Of a DNA stretch of 64,000 nucleotides, positions 24,935-37,973 are shown in pieces; within the stretch, counting starts at the first letter, position 1, and the number at the start of each line of letters is the position of its first letter. The stretch is from Octopus bimaculoides (lineage: Eukaryota). The position numbers were made by a program, and so were the translations under genes. The DNA is taken from contig NC_068994.1 in the NCBI RefSeq assembly GCF_001194135.2, positions 3,323,519-3,387,518 of the forward strand. The letters run 5' to 3'. Under the pieces are notes generated by a model. The model did not search any database, was not told where the DNA came from, and saw only the letters and a list, made by a program, of their open reading frames with translations.

Positions 24935-25194
24935 TCATATATTTTTCAATGTTTATTTTTCCATGCTTGCGTGGGTCAGATGAAATTTGTCCAGGCATAT
25001 CTTCTATGGCTACATGCTCATTCTGTAACCAATCCTCACCAGTTTCTAAGCTAATATTTCCCATGGTCAGACGTGTTTTTCACAGAAGACTTAGAACAAA
25101 CATCATTGCTTGTAAGATAGTGATATTTGCTTACACCCACCACACAATATCAAGACAAAGGTACCCATGCACACACACACACACACACACACAT

Positions 25195-25348
25195 ATGGGA
25201 TTCTTTCAGTTTCTGTCTACCAAATTCACTCACAAGGTTTTGATTGGCCCAGGGTTATAGTAGAAGACACTTGCCTAAGGTGCCACACATGGGACTGAAC
25301 CTAAGACCAGTTTAGAAGCAAGCTTCTTGACCACACAGTTACATCTAT
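25195..25348 (-). mobile_element. tRNA-like SINE (family S2)
   Basis: Minus strand reads GGTCAAGAAGCTTGCTT...GGTTCAGTCCCATGTGTGGCACCTTAGGCAAGTGTCTTCTACTAT; relatives near 25600-25680 and 36290-36370. Confidence 0.6.
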
Positions 25349-27877
25349 GTATATATAAAATCGTTTTAATGTCCACTTTTCCATGCTTGCATGGGTCAGA
25401 CAGAATCGGCTGAGGCAGATTTTCTATGGTTTGATATCCTTTCGGTTACCAATCCTTACCTGTTCCCAAATACAAGATATTTCCCATGGCCAGATAAATG
25501 TTTCACAGAAAACTGGAAATGAGCAGCCTTGCTTATATGATGATGATGCTTGCTTACAACCACCATGTAATGTCCAGGCATGGGTGCACACATACACATA
25601 ATGTGCCTCTACCAAATCCACTCAAGTCTTTTGTTAGTCCATGGCTATAGGAGAAAACACTTGCCCCAGCACCCCTACAGTTCAAAGAGAAGTTGAGTGC
25701 TCAAAGAAAGAATAAAGAGACAGTGGGTGAAGTGTAAATTGCTGTTGACATATGCAACAGTTACAGCAAGCCAACTATATTGGATTCATACCCCACCACA
25801 GATACAGTCTGTGTCAATTTATGGATCAAACGCCCCAGTCCATCTTGCCGTGACTATCAACTGTGGGGCCTCCATCCTACAGAATATAGTCACAGATAAA
25901 ACTTACTGCCACAAGCAGGAGGAGCATTGTTTTTTGACAAGTGTTTGGCTCACTTGAAGTGCAGGTTTTGGCTCCTACTGTGATTGTTACATGAAATGTG
26001 TGAGTGCCCAGGGTCCTACAATACTCACCACCTTCCAGATACTGAAGCGTGCACAAATAAAGGAAACCTTTTTGGGATAATCAACCTGCAAGAAATATCA
26101 GCTAAATTCTATTCTTTCAGATTATACATTACTGTCTTGCAAAATAAATAAATAAAATAAAAAGAACCCATTTAGTTCTGGATGTAGACACAGTGAGGCC
26201 CTCAATTATATAAAACTTGAAGGTCTCTTGTCAAAATAACTGACAACAGAAGGTCCCTCAAATATTGAAAACATGTCTTATAATTACTTTGCTGTCCTTG
26301 TGGAGGGTGAAGCCACTAAACAGGAGTTTGTCTATGCTTAAATCCACAATGGACAGTGTAGACATAGATGTGCTGAGGACGGGATGATCAAGGCTGGAAT
26401 GCCTTCGATCATAAATCTGTTTGATAAAGACCGACTTAGGCCTAGACTGGGGTCTGCTCTGCTGTAAGCATTTCATTTGGAGAATATCTTCTTCCTTCTC
26501 CTCATGCACCACTCTCGGAGGTTCTGTCTGGAAGGGGCATGGGCATAGCCTCTGCCCACGACTATAAGACAAAAAAAGTGGACGAGCCAATGACGAAGCC
26601 TCTACGTGGTCACTCAATCTTTTAGAAATAGCAGCTAATCTCTCTCAAACCACACCCTACAGTCGTATAAGAGTATATATTGTTGTGCTTGGCATGTACT
26701 ATTGAAGGAAAGGCGATATCTCTGTGATAGGAATGGTCTGTCTGTATCTATCGGAGCGGACCTCAACCACAACCCAAAGCCGTTGATCGCTAAAAGTTCC
26801 TGACAAATAAACACCACCTTCGTATATGTGGGTAAAACACAGCTTTTGTTATTTGTAATGAGCTCATTACACACAAGCAACAAACGGTCGCGTGAAAAGC
26901 TGTCTAATTAATATAATTAATAAAATCTAGGAAAATCTCAAACAAAAAACAACATCAACTTGCACCGTTGGGGAAAATAATGAAAAATATGAGTGATTAA
27001 AAAAATAAAAGAATTATCCTCCAGTGATTCTACAACTGCAACTCCCCCAGAATCTGTTCCATTTAAACCAAATTCAACGAAACGAGTTATTCTTTTCAAC
27101 TGAATTCTGTAGGAAACATCAAGCGAAAACAAAATGTTTTCTTCCTGTGTAATTGTCCAGTAGAAATGTTTTTAAAGGGCGAACTATACTAATAAGGTTT
27201 CCACGCATTCACAGACAGATAGACAGACATATAAGACAGATAGACAGACAAGCAGGCAGACACACATGTACTCATCATGGGAACCTCTTCTCGTCGGTGT
27301 ATTGTGCAAGTAGGTCTGTTCTCTCCTATAGGCCTTAATTTGCTGTAGTTAATAAACGTCACAGAGGCGACTATAGACACGTAAGGAGTAGAAGGAGTAC
27401 ACTTCAACAGTAGTAGTTCATTTTAAATATCACCAAACTCAGTTATTATTACAAAGAAGCACACATCTCTCAGCCATAATAGAATCGTCAATTATGTGTG
27501 TGTGTGTGTATATATATATACATACACATATATATGTATACACATATATGCAGTAATGAAGTATATAGCCAAAGTGCAATAGTAGCGGCCAGACAAACCG
27601 ATCGCTAGATGTATTAAAACTTAGTAATATGTGAGGGGTAAATACACAGACAAGCATATATACACATACATACACACATATTTATGTCAGTGAATGTGGA
27701 TGTACGGAAGTGTTCGGATAATAATAGGGCAAGCATAGAGGTTCAGCGGGTATATAGAGGAGGAGGTGTACAGAGGAAGATAAAACAGACCTAGTGGGAT
27801 ATATGAGTGTGAGTCGCAGGGGAAATTGGTGTTAATTGTTTCATACGATTATTTTAAACCATAACCTTCCAACTTAC

Positions 27878-27919
27878 CTGGGTCTGTGATCAAAATTAAA
27901 GCTGTGTAATCGGCACTTA
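27878..27919 (-). other. Candidate 42-nt 5'-UTR exon of ZNF-B
   Basis: Minus strand: CCTTCATTTCCTCTGTTTATGTAG|exon|CAG/GTAAGT, a perfect donor at 27877-27872. Confidence 0.45.
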
Positions 27920-28587
27920 CTACATAAACAGAGGAAATGAAGGTGTTTGTGGTAGGGTGGTTAGTAATGGAAGAAGAAGGAGGAGAGAGAGAGATACGGA
28001 AACAGGCACCTGGTTAGGTCTGTTTGAGGCTCCTATTTACAATCTAAGAAATTGGGCAAGTTTTTCACATCATCCATGCCCAATAAAACTGCAGAATTCA
28101 GCAGGAAGACATTAGTCCAACTGGCCAATGATTCAATTAAATAATGGTATACAGTGGTTATAAATTGTGAAGAGTAAGATGCAAAAACATATATATATAT
28201 AACAAACATATACACACACAAAGCTCTCCTCCCAAGTATTTCTCTCTCTCTCTCTATTCCAGCTGGCCATAGTATTAATCTATAAGAAATACTTACATTC
28301 TCTTCAAAGTTTGCTGGGGGGGGGTTTTCTCGCCAGTGTTCAGCTTTTAGGTACCGTTCACTTCTTTGTGTTTGTGTTAATATTGTCGTAAAGCTGAGAG
28401 TTAGGCGAGCGAAAGCCCTCTTAGACTAAGGACCCCTCTCTTACAGTTTACCATATTATGAAGAAAAAACAACAAAAACCAAGAGAGAGAGAGAGGGAGG
28501 GGGTCAGCCAAGGGAAGTAACCGCGATGGAGAGAGAAGGAGACGGTAAGGAAGAAGAAGAAGACTTGACAGGTTTTTCTCATTTCCC

Positions 28588-28607
28588 TGACGGAAGTTAC
28601 TACGTCA
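28588..28607. promoter_or_regulatory. ETS/CRE-like composite in a CpG-retaining region; candidate ZNF-B or bidirectional promoter element
   Basis: TGACGGAAGT (half-CRE overlapping CGGAAGT) followed by TACGTCA; CpGs are retained over 28300-28640. Confidence 0.4.
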
Positions 28608-29033
28608 CACGCACCTCCAGTTTTAGACTTCGCTACAATCATTACAAATGGTTTAATTTACCTCTTATCAAAACAAATGACTTTCATCATGTCAACTTCA
28701 TTCTTTCAGATATTTATTTAATCCCCTCTCCTTTTTTTAAATAATTGTTTTGAATTCCGAAATATAATCATTCTATATAGGGAGTTAAGATGGGGAAAAA
28801 AAAAAAAAAAAAGGAAGTAGAATAAAAAAAAAAACCAATAAAAACTGCAGTAAAATATGTGGAGGACGGGTTGTGTTTTATATGTTAGTGGCTGCTACTA
28901 CAATAATTAGTAGTGCCATGTTTTTTATGACGTTCAGAAATACATCTTGCTCGAGATATAATTACTTGTGTCAAGAATTTATCTCATCTCATTCGGAGAA
29001 ATACACAATAGAACCATATTAAAAATGAATTTA

Positions 29034-29036
<3 letters not shown>

Positions 29037-29076
<40 letters not shown>
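29037..29076. repeat. (TA)n microsatellite, one of many
   Basis: Pure AT dinucleotide run; similar runs at about 30445, 36255, 42170, 48390, 49700 and 56760. Confidence 0.95.
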
Positions 29077-29078
<2 letters not shown>

Positions 29079-30438
29079 CATATATAATATATAATGTTAA
29101 AGCATTGAATAAAGAAATGGTTTCTATTAATACGTTAGCATTTGGTTTAATATACAAAACGCCAGTAATTCGATAACGTGTTTTTTTTTACCGTTATATA
29201 GAAAGTGGGGGTGGGGGTAGCATAAAAAAATCGGTGTTATTTTTATCTACCATCTTTCACCTTATTTCTCGATACCAATTTATTATATTTATTTATAACT
29301 ATAGAAATTCGAATATAAAATGGCAACTGATGTGATATGGGTGTCAATTAAAGTTTGGGAGGGGCCGAAATTTGGTCACTGTGTGCTGGAGCCAAATTAT
29401 TTCTTTGAATAGTTTCGTACCCCTTCCTACACTCCAGTTACCTGTTAATTTCCTCCTTTTGCTTCCTCTATTCTAAGTTTTGGGTTTAATTTTGCACCTT
29501 TTCTAAAAACAAATGGGAACAACTATTTAACGATCACATTCAATAGATATGAATACACAATGTTCAGATTCTTTGCAATGCTCGCTTTAATTTTGGAAAT
29601 GTCATAGGTCAAGCAAAAGAATAACAATACAATAGTTTAATTCATATACTGTTGCTATGAGGAACTGGAAAAAGAAAACGCAGACGAACGTTTAATCATT
29701 AAAGCTTCTTCTAGAGATAAATTAACTGTGAGAAAGTTTGTGATTCAATCATATAGCAAGCTTTCCGACATTTGTAGGTAGGGAATTGCTTTCCACCGTT
29801 GTCAAGAAACTAGAAGCGCTTAAGTGCCGAAATACAACTATGTCACATGGCTCATTTTCCGAGAAAATTTAGGCCATACTCTCTCTTTCTTTCTTTCTCT
29901 CTGTCTTCCCTCTCTTTTTCCTTCCTCCTTCCCATGTTTCTCTGTCTTTTTCTCGCTCTTTCTCCATTTCCTCTCTTTCTCCTTTCCTCCATCTCAGGTC
30001 TCTCTCTCTCTTTCTCTCTCCAATTAAAATAATGTTAGCCTGCTAGAAGCATTGATTTCATTTACTGATAAATACAGTTATTGAAATAAAATATATCTGC
30101 TATTAAAATACCCACCTAATATTGCAGCAAAGCTACATTCTTCATACTAATTTGACAATTCTCTTTATGTTTGGCCTTTAGAATGAAGAAAAAAGTCTTG
30201 ATTTTTTTTTCTTTCATTACAGTAATAGACGTTATAAACGAAATCATTTCTGAAATGAAAATATCCATCAAGCAACTAATACTGCCAAAAAAAAAACATG
30301 GCAAATTTCTAAAAATAAGATATTTAATCAATTGTATGGCTTTTTTTAAAAAAAGAAATATATTTTGAAATAAGACAAGAAATGTATTTAGAAAGAGTTT
30401 GTTGACTTACACATGACTACAAACTGGCTATATATATA

Positions 30439-30482
<44 letters not shown>

Positions 30483-31189
30483 CACATATATAGGGTGTGT
30501 ATATGTGAATATATTTCTATGCTGTTTGGGGCGACTGAAGATGCTAATTGGTAAACCATACATAGATCTGAAAATAGAATGGTAACTGAATTGTCGTATA
30601 GTTAGAAGTTCTGAGTGAAAAAAAAAATGATTTCAATGGAATAAATTCTGTAATGAGATCGACTTTGCATCTATTAATTTCTCTTCAAACAAGTTCTTAC
30701 ATTTTAATTAGATCTCTCTCTAAATTCCATTTCCGAATCTCTACTTTTAATGTTAACTACTCATGCCAACCTAAGTTAGTTAGCAAGCTATTTAATCACT
30801 ACAATCTCCTCGCTCACCCCTACACACAGTTTCATATGATATTGGTCTGCTCTGAATTAGGCTGAAAATTTAATGATGCATGCTAATAAAATATTTTTGT
30901 AGGTGGGGGGGGGGAGAGGAAGTGACATATATCTACAGATCTCATTTTTATTATTTTCATTCAATTGTATTCATTTCTTAAAAGAACTGTGGGGGAAAGG
31001 CATGCGTGCCACAACTTTGCCATTCGGTTGCCATAAAAATCTCAGGCTTCGTGCCAATATCAGAAACCATTAATACTGTAGAAACATCTTTATTAAAAAT
31101 AAAATCAATTTTTCTGACTCGTTCTCCCTCCTCTCATCAGATCATCTCGTTCCACACCCTCTTTTCTAAAACAGTTGATGTTTAATAAA

Positions 31190-31311
31190 TAATTCACTTC
31201 TGACGATGGTGGTGGAGGTGCTGCCAATGCCGGTGGTTAGTGGCGGTGTCTGATTACCAGAAAACCAGAATTTGTTCAAAGAGGTCAGGCATTCTCTGGC
31301 TGACGACGGAG
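31190..31311 (+). other. Candidate first non-coding exon of ZNF-C
   Basis: CpG-containing GC-rich block ending GAG|GTAATT (GT at 31312-31313). The 5' boundary is uncertain. Confidence 0.35.
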
Positions 31312-31692
31312 GTAATTCTCTTTATTGTACTATTTATACTTGCCTCCTTTTTACTTCCAGTCTTACCTTTGCTCCACGCCCATTCTTGCCTGCACACCAA
31401 ACAGACATTATATATATATATATTATATATATGCATACAGACACACATATGTATGTGTGTGCGTGCGCGCGCGTGTAGTTGATAGGTAAGGAGGTGAGCT
31501 ACGGCACAGGGGGAAGTTTCTGGACGGAATGTTGTAGGCTAACATTTTTTTTTTCTTTCTAACCAACAATGTTCCTGCAATGGGAGGTCGGCTGAAGCTA
31601 ATTAAACTCTGTAGCGATGAAGTAGAGGGAAGTCTGGCAGGAGAAGGAGGAGGAGGAGAAAGAGGAAAGATAGGGGGAGGAAATGACGGAAC

Positions 31693-32252
31693 ACTTCTCC
31701 TCTTCCTTCTCCCTTTTCTTTTATGTTCCCTTTCCTTCTCCTTAGTTCTTCCACTTTGCCTTCTTTTATATCCTCATCCTTCCATCTCATTCTCATTCGC
31801 CTCCCCTTCCCCCTTCTCTGTTCCCATTTTCTCTCTCTCTCCTTTCTGTTCCCTATTCATCTTACATCTGTATTGTGTTTCCTAGCCTCTCCTCTCACCA
31901 TTCCCCTTCGACTTTAATCTCTATTCATAACGTCTTTCTTTCAATCGTTTCTTTTTATCCTCTCCTCCTCCTCCCACCATTCAATCTACTCTGCCATCAC
32001 CTCCATCTCCCTCCCTTCCTTCCCCCATACACAGCCACACTATCCTCTCACCTCCCCCCTCTATCTTCCTATCCTCTTTCTCTCTCGTCCCCCTCCTCAT
32101 CCCCTCTATTATCTACACTTCTCCCCTCACCCCCCTGCTGTCACTATTTGATAAATTATCTGATCTTAGTAAGTACTTTTCTGCTTACTAGTCTCCCCTC
32201 CACCTCTCTCTCACTTCCTACTCCTCCTCTCCCTCTCTTTACTTTTGTCTTC
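31693..32252 (+). repeat. ~550-nt polypyrimidine (CT-rich) low-complexity tract flanked by purine tracts
   Basis: Strong C/T strand bias; purine-rich blocks at 31620-31690 and 32255-32340. Confidence 0.85.
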
Positions 32253-32485
32253 TGGGGAAGGGAGGGAGGGAGAGAGAGAGAAAGATAAAAAGAAAGAAGA
32301 AAGAATAACAGGAGAAAGGGGGGAGGGTGAAAAAAAGCCATTATAACAAATTACAAACACTTGCTACAGTAGTCAGCGAGTTGTTTTATTTTTAGATAGA
32401 GATACCAGCTCAAAATATGGACTGTATGTCTTAAGATGACACATCTCCTTCCCATACGTTACTGGGGAGGTTCTTGTGACTTTAG

Positions 32486-32617
32486 TCCATGGATGGATGG
32501 ATGAGAATAGAAAAATCAACACCACGTCGATAATGATGATGATGATGATACGATGACGACGATGTTACGGCAAGTGTAGACCGAATGCAGATGCTTCCAT
32601 CAGTCGGAATTGATGAG
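32486..32617 (+). other. Candidate internal 5'-UTR exon of ZNF-C
   Basis: Acceptor GACTTTAG at 32478-32485 and donor GAG|GTAAGC (GT at 32618-32619). The terminal-exon acceptor TTTTGTCTTCATTACAG ends at 37771. Confidence 0.4.
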
Positions 32618-35600
32618 GTAAGCCAGAGTTTGTGATGTCTCTTACCTCTCTCTCCGTAAGTCTTATGCCTATATGCAAGGGAGGGTGTCCTGGAAACGAA
32701 CCTTATATCTATCGAATCGAATCCAAATATCATAAACTGGCGACGCTCTACTCCAACTTACTTTCCTCTCTATCAAAAGCTTTCCGCAAGCTAACTCCCC
32801 CCCTCCTCTCTTTTATATCTTTCTTTCTAAACTATGTCTCTCTCGTTCACTGTTCCCTAACCAGTTCTCTCGGTGTGTTTCCCCTCTACGCCTTATTTAG
32901 CTACAAACAACTAAATCATACTTGAGTGGAAAGAACTTATATAAATTGCTGCAAACTGACTAAAACAAAACATGTTTTGGTTAAAACTGAAAAGAAAAAA
33001 AAGAAGCTTCTCTCTTCCCCCCTCCCCCGTGCGCGCCTGTTCTCCACATACCTACCTACTTCGGTTCTCTGACATCTACTAATTTGACCATCTTCCACAC
33101 ACCAATAACTATACTGAGCGACATGTTACTTTTTTGATAAAAAAAAAAAAAAGAGACCATTCTCACAGGACAAACCATTCAACTTGGTGCTTTGAATTCT
33201 GACCTTTGCTTATATTAATTTTGCTTTATCACTATTTTGTCCTGATTGTCGACCAACAAGGGAACAGCCAGGAGATCGAGAGCGAAGCGGCGGTGGGGGG
33301 GGGGGCAGAGAAGAGAAGGAAAGGCTACCACCATCACCACCACTATCATCAATTAAGACACCATTAACACTCGATGCTGACTAACTAAACAGATTTCAGA
33401 CACCATCCCTCACCATCACCCTACCGCTACATTGTTTTTTTTTTTCTAATATTTTTTTTCTTACCTCCAATGTTTCATCATCGTTTTCCGTACTAAGTTT
33501 ATATATATATTATGGTGTATTTGACTGCTTCCATCAAGACTTGTAAACCGTGCTGGGCCTGGACATTTTCAGAGGAGGGGTGGGTAGGAGGGTTTGTATT
33601 GGAACTGACTAAACAGAGGGGGGTAGGGGAGAGAGACTATTGAACAGAGACTGGTGTGTGTGTGTGTGTGTTTTATTTGATTGGTAAGACGCATTTAAAT
33701 GGAGTACAAAGCATCGCTGTAAAAAATATATGTAGGTATGTGTGTGTACATATATAAATATATGCATGTGTATATACACATATATATATGTGTGTATGCG
33801 TCTGTCTGTGTGTATATATGGGTAACAGGGGTATCACTTTTCGTCCCGTCAGCAGAACTTAAGTAGAAATTCAAGTAGAAGCAACCAAAAGTATTTCAGA
33901 TACTGTATTGTATGGAAAATAAATTATGATACGGAGTGGTGGATTTTTTCCCCCCCTTCTTCTTCCTTTTATTCTCAGTTCAATCTGTGTCGTTTCCCGT
34001 CACCAGAAAATCTCATTACACACACCACACTCACTCACAGATCATTTGTTAAGGTTTTGTGGAAATGCGTTCTCGGCGGACATTAATTATATAATTAATA
34101 GAAATAAGTTGCACATAAAAACGAATATTGTTATAACGGAAAAAAGAGAGAATAATTTTGACTTTTATGAAGTTTGTACTGGAAACAGGTACAAGAGAGT
34201 TGTAAATTGTCATGATTTCCTTGCCATCTGTCCTGGCTTGCTTTAAATAACTCTGACCCAACTTATTCCTTTCCCATCGTCACATACGTTAAACAATCTG
34301 TTTTGACAATTATAGCCGACTGTAGATAGCTTTCAAGGAATAAGTAAATGTTTATCTGGAATTTCCGCTGACTTAATTAAATCAGCTTGACATGTAGTTT
34401 TGTTGATAGCGCAGTTTGAAGCTTCAGTTACCATGTGGTTAAGGTATGCTATAGTTTAGTGAAGCTAAAGAAATCTTACATATACCAACAATTAGTAAGT
34501 ACCTTTGCAGAAGTTAGTGGAGCTGTGGGCTTACTACTTATGTTATGCAATTAGAGTTGCTGTATTCTGTCAGATTTTATCAAGAATAGATCGTGATATT
34601 TAGCAAATATTCAGTGTCCTTAAGAAATGTTGGTTAGAAGGAGATAGGTTAATCGTTAAGGGATTTTATGAAGGAGCTTATAACTTCTTTTGATTGAATA
34701 TCTGGTACCATAGTGCAGTGTTTCAAGTCACAGACGATCTTTTCACTGAATGAAGCTCCGCAGTAACGTCTCAAGGCATGGACACACTGATCATTTATCC
34801 GGAGACCCCACGGTTTGCGACTATAGAAACCCGTGGGGTGCCCGGGGAACTACTGAGCTTATTTACGTATGTTGTAGGTTGTAATACTGTTAAGACATCC
34901 CCCAGAGATAGGGACGAGGTCAATTAATTCTGGGCTGGTTCCCTGTTCGGGACTGGCAGTCATAGGTAGTGTTTAGCTATAGATCATCCCCAATCGAGCA
35001 GATGATCTGTAATCAAAAGGATTCCATCCATGACCACCCTTTATCATCCGTTTTCATAAATTTTTGTTAACATTATACAGGACTACATTATATAATGTGT
35101 CCTTGTGCGATTTGAGGGAGATTCTGCGACTATTTCTTGGTGGGCGATCAAACATGATAGGCTCCCTCGTTAGTTCGTAGAGTTGTTTAGCCCTTATATC
35201 AGCCCTGATTGATCAGATTTTATGATTAAAGCCAATCCAACTGTGAGCACCGCGCCATTTTAGAGGAGCAGTACTGTATTAACCAATGTCTCCTTTCCTT
35301 ATTTTAAGACAGTTGAATACGATTCCAGGGAGATTTGGTTGTTACTTCTAATAAGTCGAGTAGAAGCTAACTTCTGTATTTAATATTTTGTTGTTGTACA
35401 CTGTAAATAACTCCTGGGATGTGAATTGAATAGAAGAACCGGCTATCTTTTTTGGTCCACGAATTGTATCCATCCATAGCAGTGGACTGGCGGGCGATAT
35501 GGAATCGGATACCTCGTTGAATATCTCTTGGGGAAAATATCTGTTTTCGTCTGGTTTTGCATTGCCCGGATTCCAGTGGCTTATTACCTGAATATCTCAA

Positions 35601-36250
35601 TGATGGGGTTTGATACTATTATGTGGAGTTGTTTTGTAGATTGAGGTTGTGTCGAGAGAGAGAGAGAGAGAGAGAGTAGTATTTGATGTTGCGTCTGTCG
35701 CTCTTATTGAATACACCTCGGTCAAGGCTGATCCATTCCATCCATGTGTTGTTGTTTTTTTTCAGACTGTACATATAAAACTACATTATCCAATATGTTA
35801 TTTCTTTTCTAAAACGGGAGGATGTGATTTGAGGGCAATTCAGCTGTTATACGAGGCAAGTTAAACGCATATGTAGCGGCTTCTTCGTAGGTCTGCGAGT
35901 GGGTTAGGGTAGTGTTTGCCTATGGGTGTTGTGTGAGTTGGGACAGTGTTTATCAATGGATCAGGACAATACTTAATATCTGTAGACAACATCAAACATT
36001 GTATGGTTGCATCTGTTGAGTTCTCTCGGCTTTCAAACTGGAGATGATATAAGTGGTATGTTTTTCTTACTTTCAGTCAGCAGACTGCAACCATGCTGGA
36101 GCAGTACCACCAAGGTATCAACCCTGTACTTATTTCAACCTGGTATTTATATTAGCAGTTTTATTTACCAAATTGCTAAGTCCCCAATTTATTCACACAG
36201 TATTGCTTTCACAATGACAAATGTACATTCTCTCACCCCATCTCTCTCTC

Positions 36251-36288
<38 letters not shown>

Positions 36289-36585
36289 ACAGGCTTCTCT
36301 GTAGTTTCCGACGACCAAATTCCAGTCCTAAGAATTGGTGAATCTGAGGCTACTGTAAAAGACACTTGTTTGAAGAAGTAGCTATTATTATTAAACGATG
36401 AACTAAATACCAGTGTCGGTGCAATCGACTAACCCCTTCTCACAAAATTTCAGGCCTTGTGCCTATAGTGGAAAGGATTATTATTATTATTGCACGCTTC
36501 TATTTCTGTGACCCCCACACTGAACCGTTCCCAATGTATTTTTGTGAACCCTTAGTAGTAAACAGAGAAAGCCTTATTGTTACTC

Positions 36586-36732
36586 AGGCGGTGAGCTGGT
36601 AGAATCGTCAGCACACCGGACAAAATGCTGAATGGTATTTCGTCCGTCCTTACGTTCTGAGTTGTTCAAATTCCGCCGAGGTCGACTTCATCTTTCATCC
36701 TTTCGCGGTCGATGAAATAACTACCAGTTGAG
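36586..36732 (+). mobile_element. tRNA-like SINE (family S1)
   Basis: AGGCGGTGAGCTGGTAGAATCGTCAGC (A-box-like)...GTTCAAATTCC (B-box-like)...GAGGTCGAC. Other copies: 54164-54367 (+); about 12590, 46350, 51720, 52780, 53740 and 54420 (-). Confidence 0.75.
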
Positions 36733-36948
36733 GAGTGGGGGGGGGGGTGTAATCGGCTATCCACCCACCCACCGACCCATCCCAAATTCCAGGCTTTGTG
36801 CTTATGGTAGAAAAGACTACTACTATATAATAGAAAGAGTTGTCCAGGTATATAAATACGTATTCCAGTGTATACAAACATACATTCACAAATATTTAGT
36901 TTGCTTCTAAGAAACCATTCTATTTAAAATTGTTTTTTAAAAAATGGC

Positions 36949-36990
36949 NNNNNNNNNNNNNNNNNNNNNNNNNNNNNNNNNNNNNNNNNN
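36949..36990. other. Assembly gap (42 N)
   Basis: Run of N. Confidence 1.
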
Positions 36991-37973
36991 GGGGGGGGGG
37001 GGTGATTACAAAAGAATGTGTGTGCATGCATCTGACCGAGTGTATATTGTCTAAATGTGTGTGCTCGTCTGTGATTTATATTTTAATGGTTTGGTGTGAA
37101 GGCAGGGTCTGTGCCTATAGCCTTTGCAAAAACTTTAAGATCATCCAGCTCTAAAGAACTAAAGTCGTTGTAGTTGCAATGAAGTAAAGACAGAATGAAG
37201 AAATGTGTGGAGCAGAGGTTGGAGTGTGAGGGCGAACAACTTTATGCCAAACAACCAGGTGACCCTCTTTTTGAGTTCACCGTTTGATGTGTGTATGAAT
37301 ATTAGCCTCAGCGTCTCAGATGTAGGGTCTCGCTTGAACTTTGTAATAGGTTAAAGGTTGTTAGAGGCTGAAGTACTTTTCCAACGTTGAAGAAGCCAGT
37401 TGGTGTTTGTAGAGGAACAAGAGAATTAATAAATCTGAGACATTTTTTGTGATTTTGTGGGTTTCAGTAGTATGTCATTCATGTTTAACCCTTGAGCATT
37501 TTAAAGTGGCCATATCTAGCCTATTTTATGTTAAAACTGGTCAGATCTGGCCTCTCCTACCTATTCTACAATGTCATTCTAAAAATATATAATCACATCA
37601 CCAAAATTTCAAAGCTATGACATGATGTATAATTAATTCCAAACAATTTAAATAAATGAGCATTATATTTGATAGAGTAAGGGTTAGAGTTTTATGGATT
37701 ATTGTATTGTTTTTTTGATGTTTGTGTATCTGACTTTTGTCTAACGAATGTGTGTTTTGTCTTCATTACAGATCCATTACTATGTGAATGTCCAAAGTCC
37801 AACCGGACTGTAAGAAATGTCCAACTCTGACATAGCATCTCAACACATCCACAGGAATTATTTCTTACTGACGTCGATATAAAACTGAGCCCCACCAAAC
37901 CATAAAGCTGGAGAAGTTTCCATCAGTATCCCTGACCCCCTTTCTCACCACTCCCTCCTTACCCCAACTAATT

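Noticed and set aside
36586-36732. Possible tRNA gene (A/B boxes)
   Set aside because: No cloverleaf, and it continues into a body shared by many diverged copies, so it is a SINE head.
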